From contig JBBQSZ010000008.1 of NCBI GenBank assembly GCA_038234745.1, forward strand, positions 5,231 to 69,230: a DNA stretch of 64,000 nucleotides, in the 5' to 3' direction. Every line of letters starts with the position of its first letter. The stretch's first letter is position 1. A program made the position numbers and the translations under genes. The stretch is from Flavobacteriales bacterium (GTDB lineage Bacteria > Bacteroidota > Bacteroidia > Flavobacteriales > Flavobacteriaceae). The notes beneath the pieces were generated by a model. It searched no databases. It saw only the letters and a list, made by a program, of their open reading frames with translations, and had not been told where the DNA came from. Shown one piece after another: positions 19,058 through 29,302 of the stretch.

Positions 19058-21775
19058 TTAAAATTGTTGTCCAATGATAAAATGGGTTTCCCATCCATGT
19101 GCTGTTGATCCTAGTGTTCCATCTGCTTTAGGTAATCCATCAAAACCATAACCAAAATCAATTCCCAGTAAACCAAATGCTGGCATAAATACTCTTAAAC
19201 CAGCTCCTGCAGAACGGCTTAAAGCAAATGGATTATAGTTTTTGAATGAGTCAAACGATGATCCAGCTTCAAGAAAAGTAAGTGCATAAATGGATGCAGA
19301 TGCTTTCAATGTAATTGGATAACGCAATTCTAATGAATATTTGTCATAAACAGTTGCTCCATTAGAATCTCCTGATCCTGTACTGCTTACCGGTGTCAAC
19401 GAACCGTTAGGATACCCTCTTAATGCAACTGTTTCTCTACCATCCATAGAATAATTTGCCATTCCATCTCCTCCTAAAAAGAATCTTTCGAAAGGAATTA
19501 TCCCTCTGTCTTTATTGTATGACCCTAGGAATCCGTATTCTACCAAAGAACGGAGTACTAATTTACCATAAATTTTGGTATACCAATCGGCTTTGAACTT
19601 AATTTTATAATATTCTAACCAATTGTATTTTTTTTGATCCACTTTTCCAGGATCTGCAGCTGCATCTTTATAATTTTCTGGGCTAACTCTATTTGGAGTC
19701 GGATTTGCTTGACTCGGAATTGCCGTTACATAATCTCCACTTAGCACTCTAATTCCGTTAGTCCCCGTATATGGAGCGCCATTATAAATGTATTTAAATT
19801 CTTTTTGATCTCCTAACGTTTTATAATCTACTCCGTTGAATAAGGAGTACGGCAATGTAAATTTCCCTGTTAAGCTAAATTCTGCACCGTAAGTAGGGAA
19901 TATTGGGTTGATTCCTTTATTGCTTCTAGATAAACCTACTGTGTAGGCTAAGTTTCTTGAGGCTCCATCTCCAAAAGTAAATAAACCTGTGTTGTAATTA
20001 TGTAAATCATAATGTTGGTAACTTATAGTTTGTGATAATCCGAAATAATCATCTGGAACTGTCAATCTTTTGTAAATTCCAGCCGACAGGGTCAAGATGT
20101 TGAAGCTTCTGCTTTTGTCCACTTGTTGGGTTTGAAAATTATTGTAAAATTGACTTGTGTACGACACGGAAGTACTTAATTGAACTGGTTTTCTTTTGCC
20201 ATACCAAGGTTCTGAAAATGAAAGACTGTAGGTTCTATAGTATGAACTTGCTTGTAATCGTAAGGAAACTTTCTGACCATCACCCATCGGAAGTGGTTTG
20301 TACGCTTCTTTTTTAAATAAATTTCTAGCCGAAAAGTTATTAAACGACAATCCTAATGTTCCAATGAAACCGCCTCCGCCGTAACCACCTTGAAGTTCAA
20401 TTTGGCTAGCTCCTTTTTCGGTCAAAGGATATTCTATGTCAACTGTTCCTGCTGCTGCATCTACGTTTTTGAATTTTGGTTCAATAGTTTCTGGATCAAA
20501 AAATCCTAATTGTCCAATTTCACGAATGGTTCTTATTAGTAAATCTTTGTTGTATTTTTCCCCTGGCTTTGTTCTTAATTCTCTATAAATTACGTGGTCG
20601 TTGGTTTTGTCATTTCCGGTTACTGTAATTTTGTTGAAATAAGCAATTGGACCTTCAGTAATTCTAATCTCAAAATCGATAGAATCGTTGGCTGTTTTTG
20701 TTTCTACAGCGTTGATATTAGAAAATAAATAACCATTATTTTGATATAAGTTGGTAATGTCATCACCATCTGGTTTTGATTTGTCTGCGATTCTTTTTTC
20801 TAAAAGTACACCATTATAGGTATCACCTTTTTTAATGCCAAGCATTCCAAGAAGTCCTTCGTCTGGATAAACCGTGTTTCCAAGGAATTTGATGTTTCCA
20901 AAACGATATTTGTTTCCTTCTTCTACTTTTATTTTAATCATCAATGCTTTTAAATCCGCTTTGTAAGCAACTGAATCCGAAAGAATTCGGGCATCTCTAT
21001 AACCTCGTTCCTTGTAGGCAGCAATAACTTTTTCTAAATCTGCTTCGTATTTTGATTTAATGAATTTAGATGATTTTAAAGTAAGTAATTTTTTTCGTTT
21101 TGTATCTTTCATTGCTGCGCGAAGGGTTTTGGAAGTGAGTTCCTTATTGCCTTCGAATACAATGTCTTTGATTTTTACTTTCGAACCTTTATCAATTTTT
21201 ACTGCCATATTGACATGATTGGCTTGCGCAGTATCAATAACGGTATTAATGGTTACTTTGGTATTGTAGAAACCGTCTTTTTTGTATTTATTTTCGATGT
21301 AATTTTTTGTAGTAGTAATCAAATTTTCATTAACTACTTTTTCTTTGGTAAGACTATTGTCTTTTGTTAAACCTTCGACTTTGCTTTTGCTAACGCCAAC
21401 AAATTTTACTTCATTTAATTTAGGCAATTCTTCTACGTGCAAATCGAGGTAAATACTATCTTTTTCTATCTTATTGATGTAAAATGAAATTTCGTCAAAT
21501 AGGCCTAATTTACCCAGTTTCTTTATTGCATTGCTTATCTCTTCGCCTGGAACGGTAATTTCCTGCCCTTTTTCAAGACCTGCAAATGTGGTTACTGTAT
21601 TAGCGTTAAAACTTATTTTTCCAATGATGTCAACCTTTGCTAATATGTACGTTTTTCCTTGATCGAATGGAACTCTATCTTGGGCTTTAATTTGTGAAAA
21701 ACTTCCAAAAATCAATAGGCTTAGGATTATTTTTATGCTTTTATGTAACACTAAAAAATTATTTAATTTGTTCAC
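19058..21775 (-). CDS. bamA: outer membrane protein assembly factor BamA
   Basis: POTRA repeats followed by a C-terminal Omp85 barrel ending in ...HFIIGQQF. The GTG at 21775 (VNKLNNFLVLHKSIKIILSLLIFGSFSQIKAQ) is preferred, because the ORF-track start at 21889 overlaps uppS by 131 nt. Confidence 0.85.
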   Translation of the reverse strand: MNKLNNFLVLHKSIKIILSLLIFGSFSQIKAQDRVPFDQGKTYILAKVDIIGKISFNANTVTTFAGLEKGQEITVPGEEISNAIKKLGKLGLFDEISFYINKIEKDSIYLDLHVEELPKLNEVKFVGVSKSKVEGLTKDNSLTKEKVVNENLITTTKNYIENKYKKDGFYNTKVTINTVIDTAQANHVNMAVKIDKGSKVKIKDIVFEGNKELTSKTLRAAMKDTKRKKLLTLKSSKFIKSKYEADLEKVIAAYKERGYRDARILSDSVAYKADLKALMIKIKVEEGNKYRFGNIKFLGNTVYPDEGLLGMLGIKKGDTYNGVLLEKRIADKSKPDGDDITNLYQNNGYLFSNINAVETKTANDSIDFEIRITEGPIAYFNKITVTGNDKTNDHVIYRELRTKPGEKYNKDLLIRTIREIGQLGFFDPETIEPKFKNVDAAAGTVDIEYPLTEKGASQIELQGGYGGGGFIGTLGLSFNNFSARNLFKKEAYKPLPMGDGQKVSLRLQASSYYRTYSLSFSEPWYGKRKPVQLSTSVSYTSQFYNNFQTQQVDKSRSFNILTLSAGIYKRLTVPDDYFGLSQTISYQHYDLHNYNTGLFTFGDGASRNLAYTVGLSRSNKGINPIFPTYGAEFSLTGKFTLPYSLFNGVDYKTLGDQKEFKYIYNGAPYTGTNGIRVLSGDYVTAIPSQANPTPNRVSPENYKDAAADPGKVDQKKYNWLEYYKIKFKADWYTKIYGKLVLRSLVEYGFLGSYNKDRGIIPFERFFLGGDGMANYSMDGRETVALRGYPNGSLTPVSSTGSGDSNGATVYDKYSLELRYPITLKASASIYALTFLEAGSSFDSFKNYNPFALSRSAGAGLRVFMPAFGLLGIDFGYGFDGLPKADGTLGSTAHGWETHFIIGQQF

Positions 21776-22499
21776 TTGTTTTTCCAAATCTACGCTCTCT
21801 TTTTTGATAACTAATAATAGCCTCATACAAATCTTGTTCTTTAAAGTCTGGCCATAATATATCAGTAAAATATAATTCTGCGTAGGCAATTTGCCATAGC
21901 AAAAAATTACTTATTCTATGCTCTCCACTTGTTCGTATTAATAAATCTACCTCTGGTAAATTTTGCGTGTAAAGATGCTCATTTATAATTGAATCGTCAA
22001 TACTGCTTATTGAAATTATATTATTTTTAACTTTATCGCTAATGATTTTTACGGCATTTACAATTTCTTCTCGCGAACCATAGCTTAGCGCTAGGGTTAA
22101 AGTCATCCTTGAATTTTTGCATGTTTTATCGATAACATCTTGAAGTTCAATTTGAGCTGATTTAGGTAATAGCTCTAAATTGCCTATGGCATTCAACTTG
22201 ATATCATTCTCTTGAAGGGTTTTAAGTTCTTTCTTTAATGATTTTATTAAAATTTTCATTAAAGTGTCTACCTCAATTTTTGGTCTGTTCCAATTTTCGG
22301 TAGAGAATGCATATAATGTAAGATATTCTATTCCTAGTCTGGCACAAGATTTTATGTTTTCTTTTACCGATTTCGTTCCGCTTTCGTGTCCCAAAGCTCG
22401 CAAAAGTCCTTGTTTTTTTGCCCAACGACCATTGCCATCCATAATGATGGCGAGATGTTTGGGTAAATTAGTTAAGTCGATTTTATCTTTTAAATCCAT
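21759..22499 (-). CDS. uppS: isoprenyl transferase (undecaprenyl diphosphate synthase)
   Basis: HLAIIMDGNGRWA, YAFSTENWNRP, RTSGEHRISNFLLWQ. Confidence 0.9.
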   Translation of the reverse strand: MDLKDKIDLTNLPKHLAIIMDGNGRWAKKQGLLRALGHESGTKSVKENIKSCARLGIEYLTLYAFSTENWNRPKIEVDTLMKILIKSLKKELKTLQENDIKLNAIGNLELLPKSAQIELQDVIDKTCKNSRMTLTLALSYGSREEIVNAVKIISDKVKNNIISISSIDDSIINEHLYTQNLPEVDLLIRTSGEHRISNFLLWQIAYAELYFTDILWPDFKEQDLYEAIISYQKRERRFGKTSEQIK

Positions 22500-22502
22500 T
22501 TT

Positions 22503-23180
22503 TTATTCTGCGCAATAACACGGTTTGTTTCCAAAGGTATAGGTTAATGTTACGCCCGAAAAAACATACCAATCATTATTATTTATATTTCCAAATTTAG
22601 GTAGACTAGTGTCCTTTGGATTACTTCCATCTAAATTATCGGTTAACGTATATCTTGCTCCAACTTCTAAGGCTAAAATAATTTTTGGCCAAATATTTGA
22701 TTTTACTCCCAGCGTCATTGGAATTGCAAATTTACCTACATGGTCACTGCGCAATGCAATTTGGCTGCCAGAAACATAGGCATCGTGTATTCTTATATAA
22801 TTGATTCCAGTGTGAACGTATGGTGTATACTTTCGTTGAACGTCGTGCAAATTAAAATCAAAAAAATTAAATTCAAGGCCTAAAGATACTTCTTTTATAC
22901 TATTTTTAAAATGATATCCTCTCAGATTTCTTCCAGGTTCTTTTGCATCAGTATCATTGGCATAAATATAGGCGCCGTTTAGAGAAAAACGGTAAGCAAG
23001 TCTCGGGGTTTTATTCCATTTGTATAAAATTCCCAGTGCAGGTTGGTTTGGCGCTATATAGGTTGTAGAGCCAACATCACCGATGTAGTTGCTACCGCCT
23101 ACAAAAAAACCTACTTCATGAATTTGCGCATTCATTGAAATGATAAAAAACAAGAAAAATAGTTTAAAAAATTTATACAT
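22503..23180 (-). CDS. outer-membrane beta-barrel protein, DUF6089-like
   Basis: Signal peptide and alternating beta-strand pattern, with C-terminal ...TYTFGNKPCYCAE. Its position upstream of uppS is as in other Flavobacteriia. The family name is from memory. Confidence 0.6.
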   Translation of the reverse strand: MYKFFKLFFLFFIISMNAQIHEVGFFVGGSNYIGDVGSTTYIAPNQPALGILYKWNKTPRLAYRFSLNGAYIYANDTDAKEPGRNLRGYHFKNSIKEVSLGLEFNFFDFNLHDVQRKYTPYVHTGINYIRIHDAYVSGSQIALRSDHVGKFAIPMTLGVKSNIWPKIILALEVGARYTLTDNLDGSNPKDTSLPKFGNINNNDWYVFSGVTLTYTFGNKPCYCAE

Positions 23181-23350
23181 TTAATTAAAAATTGCGTGCA
23201 AATATAATAATTATCAACCCGAATCAATACGCATTAGATGAATTGTGCAACTAATTGAATAATTGAAGCAAAATCTAATGAAAACTGTGGATTATTTATA
23301 TCAGAAACGGCAAAAAGATAGATATTGTATATTTGGCAAACAAAAAAGCA

Positions 23351-24235
23351 TTAATTTCTGCGGTCTTCGCCCCAAAAAAGCTTGCTGCGAAGGGTTTTAA
23401 AAAAAGTTTCATTTGGAATTTCGACCATATTAATTTCGAATGGAGATTTTTTTATCAGTAGTATAGTTTCGTTTTTTACAGAAATAATTCTAGAATCTAA
23501 CGACACCATATAAGAGTCATCTCTTCCAGAAATTTTTAGTTTAATTTCTGTTTCGTCAGGAACCACTAACGGTCTCGCATTTAAATTGTGAGGTGCAATT
23601 GGTGTTATAACAATGCTTTTTACATTTGGAGTCAAAATAGGGCCGCCACAACTCATAGAATAGCCGGTCGTGCCCGTTGGTGTTGCTATAATTAAACCAT
23701 CTGCCCAATAGGAATTCAAGTATTCTCCGTTCAATGAGGCGTCAATTGTGATCATCGAAGTTGTTTCTTTTCGACTTACTGAAATCTCATTTAAGGCAAA
23801 ATTTAGGTCTTTAATGGATTCATTATCTGGGGAACAAGTCAAGCTAAGCAAAGTTCTTTTTGAAACAGAATATTTTTTGTCGATGATAAACTGCATAAAT
23901 TCAGCAATATTATCTTTTTGAACTGTGGCCAAAAATCCCAATCGACCTGCATTTATTCCTAGAATAGGCACGCCAGAATCTCGGACTAAAGTAGCAGCTC
24001 TTAAAATGGTTCCATCTCCGCCAATGCTAATAAGCATGTCAAAACTGCTGTTCAATTCTGTGTAGGACTCGAATGTGGGATATTCTTTGTCAATAAGATT
24101 TTTTTTGAATAAGATTTTCAGAAAATCAGACTCAATGATCATCTCAACATTATTCTTAATCAAGAAAATGAAAATGTCTTTGATGATGGGTTCGGTACTA
24201 TTTTGATAGTATTGACCGTAAATAGCTACTTTCAT
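23351..24235 (-). CDS. nadK: NAD kinase
   Basis: GGDGT motif (ISIGGDGTILRAA), NAGRLGFL, TPTGTTGYSMSCGGPI. Confidence 0.85.
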   Translation of the reverse strand: MKVAIYGQYYQNSTEPIIKDIFIFLIKNNVEMIIESDFLKILFKKNLIDKEYPTFESYTELNSSFDMLISIGGDGTILRAATLVRDSGVPILGINAGRLGFLATVQKDNIAEFMQFIIDKKYSVSKRTLLSLTCSPDNESIKDLNFALNEISVSRKETTSMITIDASLNGEYLNSYWADGLIIATPTGTTGYSMSCGGPILTPNVKSIVITPIAPHNLNARPLVVPDETEIKLKISGRDDSYMVSLDSRIISVKNETILLIKKSPFEINMVEIPNETFFKTLRSKLFWGEDRRN

Positions 24236-24279
24236 TTTTTAAATATAATTTGCATCCACTCGTTTGGGTGGTTGATGAT

Positions 24280-24939
24280 TTAGATATTAAGATATTTGTC
24301 CAAATAATCGGAACGCTCTTTCAATGTATTGATGTAATTATCTTCAAAATGTTCCGAAATAATTTCATAATTGTATCTTCGAAAAGATTGAATTATTTCG
24401 TTCATTATTCCTAAAGTAATTTTGATGGTCACCTGAGTGTTTTCGAAATCAGATTCAGATACAAATAATCCCAAGATTCGTCCATTATTACTTTCGACAA
24501 TTTGAGTGATTTCTCCCATCGAATAATCCATAGTCTTTTTTTGAACCACAATTATTGCTCCTGATTCTCGTAAAAATGGAGTTTCATGAAAAAATTTCAT
24601 GATATCTCGAATTTCGTAATAACCCACATAATTGTTGTTTTCGTTCAAAACGGGAATCAAATTCGTGTTGTTTTTAGCAAAAACCTCTAACACATCCAGC
24701 CAAATCATCTTTTCTCGGGCAAAAAAACCTTCGAGCGCATATCGATAATCAAAAACTTTTTTGAAACTATCGAATGTTTCTATGTCTTCCGAAGCAATGC
24801 TACCAATATATATTCCTTCATCGACCACCGGAAAATGAGAAAACGTTAGTTCATCAAAAAACTGTTGAACAGCAGCAATAGTTTCCTGACTGTCAATCGC
24901 TTTGAAATCATTGGTAATATAGTTTGAAATCTCCGTCAT
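24280..24939 (-). CDS. CBS domain-containing protein
   Basis: Tandem CBS-like modules (FPVVDEGIYIGSI, IPVLNENNNYVGYY), 219 aa. Confidence 0.7.
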   Translation of the reverse strand: MTEISNYITNDFKAIDSQETIAAVQQFFDELTFSHFPVVDEGIYIGSIASEDIETFDSFKKVFDYRYALEGFFAREKMIWLDVLEVFAKNNTNLIPVLNENNNYVGYYEIRDIMKFFHETPFLRESGAIIVVQKKTMDYSMGEITQIVESNNGRILGLFVSESDFENTQVTIKITLGIMNEIIQSFRRYNYEIISEHFEDNYINTLKERSDYLDKYLNI

Positions 24940-25004
24940 AAATCTATGCTAAATATTTGATGCAAAATAATCAAAATTATACAATTACAGCTAATTTTAC
25001 TTTG

Positions 25005-25012
25005 TATTTTTG
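25005..25012 (+). promoter_or_regulatory. Bacteroidota -7 promoter box TATTTTTG
   Basis: TAnnTTTG match 27 nt upstream of the pdxJ ATG. Confidence 0.4.
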
Positions 25013-25038
25013 CCCATCAATTCCTGAAAATTATTCAA

Positions 25039-25752
25039 ATGACAAAGTTAAGCGTAAATATTAACAAAATTGCAACTTTACGAAACGCTCGTGGAGGAAA
25101 TGTTCCCGATTTATTAAAAGTAGCTTCTGATATCCAAAAATTTGGAGGCCAAGGAATTACCATTCATCCAAGACCTGATGAAAGACACATTCGCTATCAA
25201 GATGCACGTGATTTGAAATCGGTAGTTTATACTGAATTTAATATTGAAGGTAATCCCGAAAAAAGTTTTATAGATCTGGTTCTCGAAATAAAACCCGAAC
25301 AAGTTACCTTAGTTCCCGATGCTGTCGATGCAATAACTTCAAATGCAGGTTGGGATACGAGTAAAAACAAAGATTTTTTGATTGAAATAGTTCAGGAGTT
25401 TCAACGAAACGGAATTCGAACTTCAATTTTTGTCGATCCTGTTCTTGAAATGATTGAAGGAGCCAAAATAATTGGAACTGATCGAATCGAATTGTACACC
25501 GAAGCTTTTGCTCACGAATATGGTTTAGGAAATAAAAACGGAATTGATTCGTATATAAAATCGGCAGTTTTAGCTAATGAATTGGGACTTGGAATCAATG
25601 CAGGTCACGATTTGAGTTTAGATAATATCCAGTTTTTTCATCAAAATATTCCAGGATTATTAGAGGTTTCCATTGGTCATGCACTCATCGCAGAATCGAT
25701 TTATTTAGGATTAGACAATGTCGTAAATATGTATTTACAAAAACTGAAATAA
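25039..25752 (+). CDS. pdxJ: pyridoxine 5'-phosphate synthase
   Basis: [35 protein letters not shown]. Confidence 0.9.
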   Translation: MTKLSVNINKIATLRNARGGNVPDLLKVASDIQKFGGQGITIHPRPDERHIRYQDARDLKSVVYTEFNIEGNPEKSFIDLVLEIKPEQVTLVPDAVDAITSNAGWDTSKNKDFLIEIVQEFQRNGIRTSIFVDPVLEMIEGAKIIGTDRIELYTEAFAHEYGLGNKNGIDSYIKSAVLANELGLGINAGHDLSLDNIQFFHQNIPGLLEVSIGHALIAESIYLGLDNVVNMYLQKLK

Positions 25753-25803
25753 TCTTTTGATTTAGAATCAAATAAGCGCACTCTTTAAATAAAACAGTAA
25801 TTT

Positions 25804-28800
25804 ATGAGTTCAAATCAAATTTTTCAGACAGATAATAAAGCTCGTTGGTTAACCGTAAAATGGACTACTCGAGTTCTTTTACTCATTAGTGTTATCATTT
25901 TATCAGGGGTAATTATTGCCGTTTTTAACGAAGTGAATCCTTCTTTACCTCAAATGAAGGATAAATCCGTTTTTTATAGTAATAAAATAAATCCTAAAAA
26001 TAAATTATTACTAGCCTCCAAAGAGAATAAAAAATATTTTGGATTCGAGAGTTTTTTGATGAAGAAAATTAAAGAAGACTCCATCAACAAGGTGAAATCT
26101 AAAGTAGTTGCTGCAAAAACAATTCGATCCGCTTTTTATGTAAATTGGGACAAAGCTTCGCTAGTTGATTTAAGGAGAAATGCTGGGAAATTAAACACCA
26201 TCTATCCGGAATGGTTTTTTATTGATCCAATAACTTATCGATTGCAAACCCGAATTGACACTACGGCTCTGGCAATTATGAGAAAGCATAAACTCAGCAT
26301 TCAGCCTATTTTTAGTAATTTCTTGACCAGTAAAAACCCGACAGTAAGAGGTGATTTTAGTGGGCAATTATTACATAAAATCTTAAATGATGCTACTGCA
26401 AGAAAAAACATCATCAACGATATTGCCAATACGATATCTAAATACAAATTTCAAGGAATCAATGTCGATTTTGAAGAATTGATAGAATCGAAAAATGAGA
26501 ATTTAACGAATTTTCAAAAAGAATTATATCAAAAATTACATGCAATGGGAGCGATTGTTTCTATTGATGTTTTACCTAATAATCAAGATTTTGATTACAA
26601 GGAATTAGGAAAATACAATGATTATATTATCCTGATGGCTTATGATCAATACAGTGGAGAAGGAAAACCCGGACCGATAAGTTCTCAAAAATGGATTGAA
26701 GAGCAAATGGACATCATGGATAATTATGTTCCTGCTTCAAAAATAATTCTTGGCGTCGCTGGTTATGGAAGAGATTGGTACTCCGATGGCGAAGGAAAAA
26801 AGTTCGCAAATGACATTACTTTTTCTAAAGCGATTGACAATGCAAAACTTTCCAAAGCAAAAATTAATTATGACAATGACACGTTTAACTTAAATTACGT
26901 TTACTCTGAAAAAAACGCGCAGGAAACTTTTAATCATTCTGTTTGGTTTACTGATGCGGCTACTACGTTTAACATCCTTCGTTTTGCAGATGATTACACC
27001 ACTGCTGGAACTGCATTATGGCGATTAGGAGGCGAAGACCCAAGAATTTGGCACTATTACGGTCGGGATTTAAGTGCAGAATCATTGCGCAAATATCCGT
27101 TTAATTTTAATTTGTTGAGTACGATTAATTCTGATCCAAACGTAAAACCAACGCACGTAGGCGAAGGGGAAATTATAGATATTCTTTACACACCGCAAAA
27201 AGGGAGAATTAAATTAGAAGTCGACAAAAAAGAATTACTTATTTCTGAACAAAATTACCTCTCGCTTCCATCAGGTTATATTTATGAAAAATTTGCCGAA
27301 GACGAAACGCCAATTGGTCCGGGACACAAAATTATTCTAACATTCGATGATGGACCAAGTGCTGAATTTACGCCACAAATTTTAGATATTTTAGAAAGAG
27401 AAAAAGTTCCAGCCACTTTTTTCGTTGTTGGAATTAATGCCCAAGAAAACATTCCATTGTTGCAACGAATTTACAGAGATGGTTACGAAATTGGCAATCA
27501 TACTTTCACTCACGGTAATGTGGCGAAAATGAGTCCAGAAAGAGCCGATTTAGAACTCAAAACTACACGTTCACTTATCGAATGTGTGACGGGTCATTCT
27601 ACGATTTTGTTTCGCGCGCCCTATAATGCGGATAGTGAACCGCAAACCTTCGATGAGATTGAACCATTGGCAAGGGCAAAAACCGAAAATTATATTAGTG
27701 TGGGAGAAAGTATCGATCCTAATGATTGGAATCCAAAACACACTACCGCCATTATCGTTTCTGAAGTCGAAAAATTAGCCAATTCTACCAATGCAAGTGT
27801 GATTTTACTGCACGATGCAGGCGGAGTTTCTAGACAATCGACTGTGGATGCGTTGCCAAAAATTATTGCCTATTTCAAGTCCAAAGGCTGCAAATTTACC
27901 ACCATCGCTGATTTGATGGGAAAAAAGAAGGAAGATTTAATGCCAAAGATTCAACTCTCTTGGGAAAATAAGATGAATTTTATTTTTGCTGAAACTTCGT
28001 ATTATTTGAATAAATTTATTTTCACGCTATTCATTATTGGAATAGCATTGTCTATTTCGAGAATGATTATCATAATGATTATTGCCTACATTCGAAAATT
28101 ATCCGAAAATCGAGAAGAATCTATTGTAGAGGACGATTCAATAACAATAAAACCTTATGTGTCTATAATTGTACCTGCTTATAATGAAGAGGTAAATTGC
28201 CTTCGAACCATAAATAGTTTGCTTAACCAAGATTATCCAAACATCGAAATTGTTTTTGTTGACGATGGCAGTAAAGACAGTACTTTCAATAAAGTATTTG
28301 CCGAGTTTGAAAATCATCCTAAAGTAAAAGTTTTTACAAAACCTAACGGCGGAAAAGCAACAGCATTAAATTTTGGAATTGAAAAATCAAGCCACGAATT
28401 TTTAGTTTGCATCGATGCCGACACACAATTAAAATCGGATGCAATTTCGTTTCTAATGGATAAATTCTATGTTCGAGATGCCGAAAAGCATAAAGTTATC
28501 GACCCTAAAATTGGTGCCATTGCCGGAAATGTAAAAGTGGGTAATGAAGTCAATATGATTAGCAGATGGCAAAGTATCGAATACATCACTTCTCAAAATT
28601 TTGACCGTCGTGCCTTTGATTATTTAGAATGTATAACCGTTGTTCCCGGAGCAATTGGCGCTTTTAGGAAAGATGCCGTTTTAATTGCGGGCGGATTTAC
28701 ATCGGATACTTTGGCCGAAGATTGTGATTTAACGATGCGACTTCACGGTCAAGGCTATTTAGTTCGAAATTGTACTTCTGCCATCTCTTATACAGAAGTT

Positions 28801-29277
28801 CCCGAAACTATGGATCAGTTTCTAAAACAACGATTTAGATGGAGTTTTGGTATCATTCAAAGTTTTTGGAAACATAGAAAAGCGCTGTTTAATCCTAAGT
28901 ACAAGAATTTTGGAATGATAGCGTTGCCAAATATTTTTATTTTTCAAATACTATTGCCTTTCTTGTCTCCGTTGGCCGATTTAATTTTGATAATAAGTCT
29001 GTTATTTGCCTCGGTCGGGATTATTCCTGCCAGTTTCGATCAAATTATCCTTTACTATATTATCTTTATGGTTGTTGACATTGTTGGTGCGGCAATTGCC
29101 TTCTATTTTGAAAAAGAAGATTACCGAAAACTGATTTGGTTGGTTCCGCAAAAATTAATTTACAGACAATTGATGTATTATATTTTATTAAAATCGTTTA
29201 GAAAAGCAGTTAAAGGCGAGTTACAAGGTTGGGGAATCCTAAACCGAACTGGGAATGTTCAAGAATTAAATAAATAA
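25804..29277 (+). CDS. multidomain membrane protein: TM anchor, GH18-like domain, CE4 (NodB) polysaccharide deacetylase, TM, processive family-2 glycosyltransferase, C-terminal TM bundle
   Basis: GH18 active-site-like FQGINVDFEE (Glu codon at 26473). CE4 motifs TFDDGP (27340), HTFTH (27499), RAPY, DPNDW, LLHD. GT2 motifs IIVPAYNEE (28159), VDDGSKD, IDADT, LAEDCDLT, QRFRW (28828). Hydrophobic helices at the N-terminus, around residue 750 and at the C-terminus. Confidence 0.85.
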   Translation: MSSNQIFQTDNKARWLTVKWTTRVLLLISVIILSGVIIAVFNEVNPSLPQMKDKSVFYSNKINPKNKLLLASKENKKYFGFESFLMKKIKEDSINKVKSKVVAAKTIRSAFYVNWDKASLVDLRRNAGKLNTIYPEWFFIDPITYRLQTRIDTTALAIMRKHKLSIQPIFSNFLTSKNPTVRGDFSGQLLHKILNDATARKNIINDIANTISKYKFQGINVDFEELIESKNENLTNFQKELYQKLHAMGAIVSIDVLPNNQDFDYKELGKYNDYIILMAYDQYSGEGKPGPISSQKWIEEQMDIMDNYVPASKIILGVAGYGRDWYSDGEGKKFANDITFSKAIDNAKLSKAKINYDNDTFNLNYVYSEKNAQETFNHSVWFTDAATTFNILRFADDYTTAGTALWRLGGEDPRIWHYYGRDLSAESLRKYPFNFNLLSTINSDPNVKPTHVGEGEIIDILYTPQKGRIKLEVDKKELLISEQNYLSLPSGYIYEKFAEDETPIGPGHKIILTFDDGPSAEFTPQILDILEREKVPATFFVVGINAQENIPLLQRIYRDGYEIGNHTFTHGNVAKMSPERADLELKTTRSLIECVTGHSTILFRAPYNADSEPQTFDEIEPLARAKTENYISVGESIDPNDWNPKHTTAIIVSEVEKLANSTNASVILLHDAGGVSRQSTVDALPKIIAYFKSKGCKFTTIADLMGKKKEDLMPKIQLSWENKMNFIFAETSYYLNKFIFTLFIIGIALSISRMIIIMIIAYIRKLSENREESIVEDDSITIKPYVSIIVPAYNEEVNCLRTINSLLNQDYPNIEIVFVDDGSKDSTFNKVFAEFENHPKVKVFTKPNGGKATALNFGIEKSSHEFLVCIDADTQLKSDAISFLMDKFYVRDAEKHKVIDPKIGAIAGNVKVGNEVNMISRWQSIEYITSQNFDRRAFDYLECITVVPGAIGAFRKDAVLIAGGFTSDTLAEDCDLTMRLHGQGYLVRNCTSAISYTEVPETMDQFLKQRFRWSFGIIQSFWKHRKALFNPKYKNFGMIALPNIFIFQILLPFLSPLADLILIISLLFASVGIIPASFDQIILYYIIFMVVDIVGAAIAFYFEKEDYRKLIWLVPQKLIYRQLMYYILLKSFRKAVKGELQGWGILNRTGNVQELNK

Positions 29278-29302
29278 TTGCTTTAGAATAAAAATTTAAA
29301 TT

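Noticed and set aside
21776-21889. N-terminal extension of the BamA ORF that overlaps uppS by 131 nt
   Set aside because: The extension has no signal-peptide character. The GTG at 21775 immediately precedes a normal signal peptide and reduces the overlap with uppS to 17 nt.
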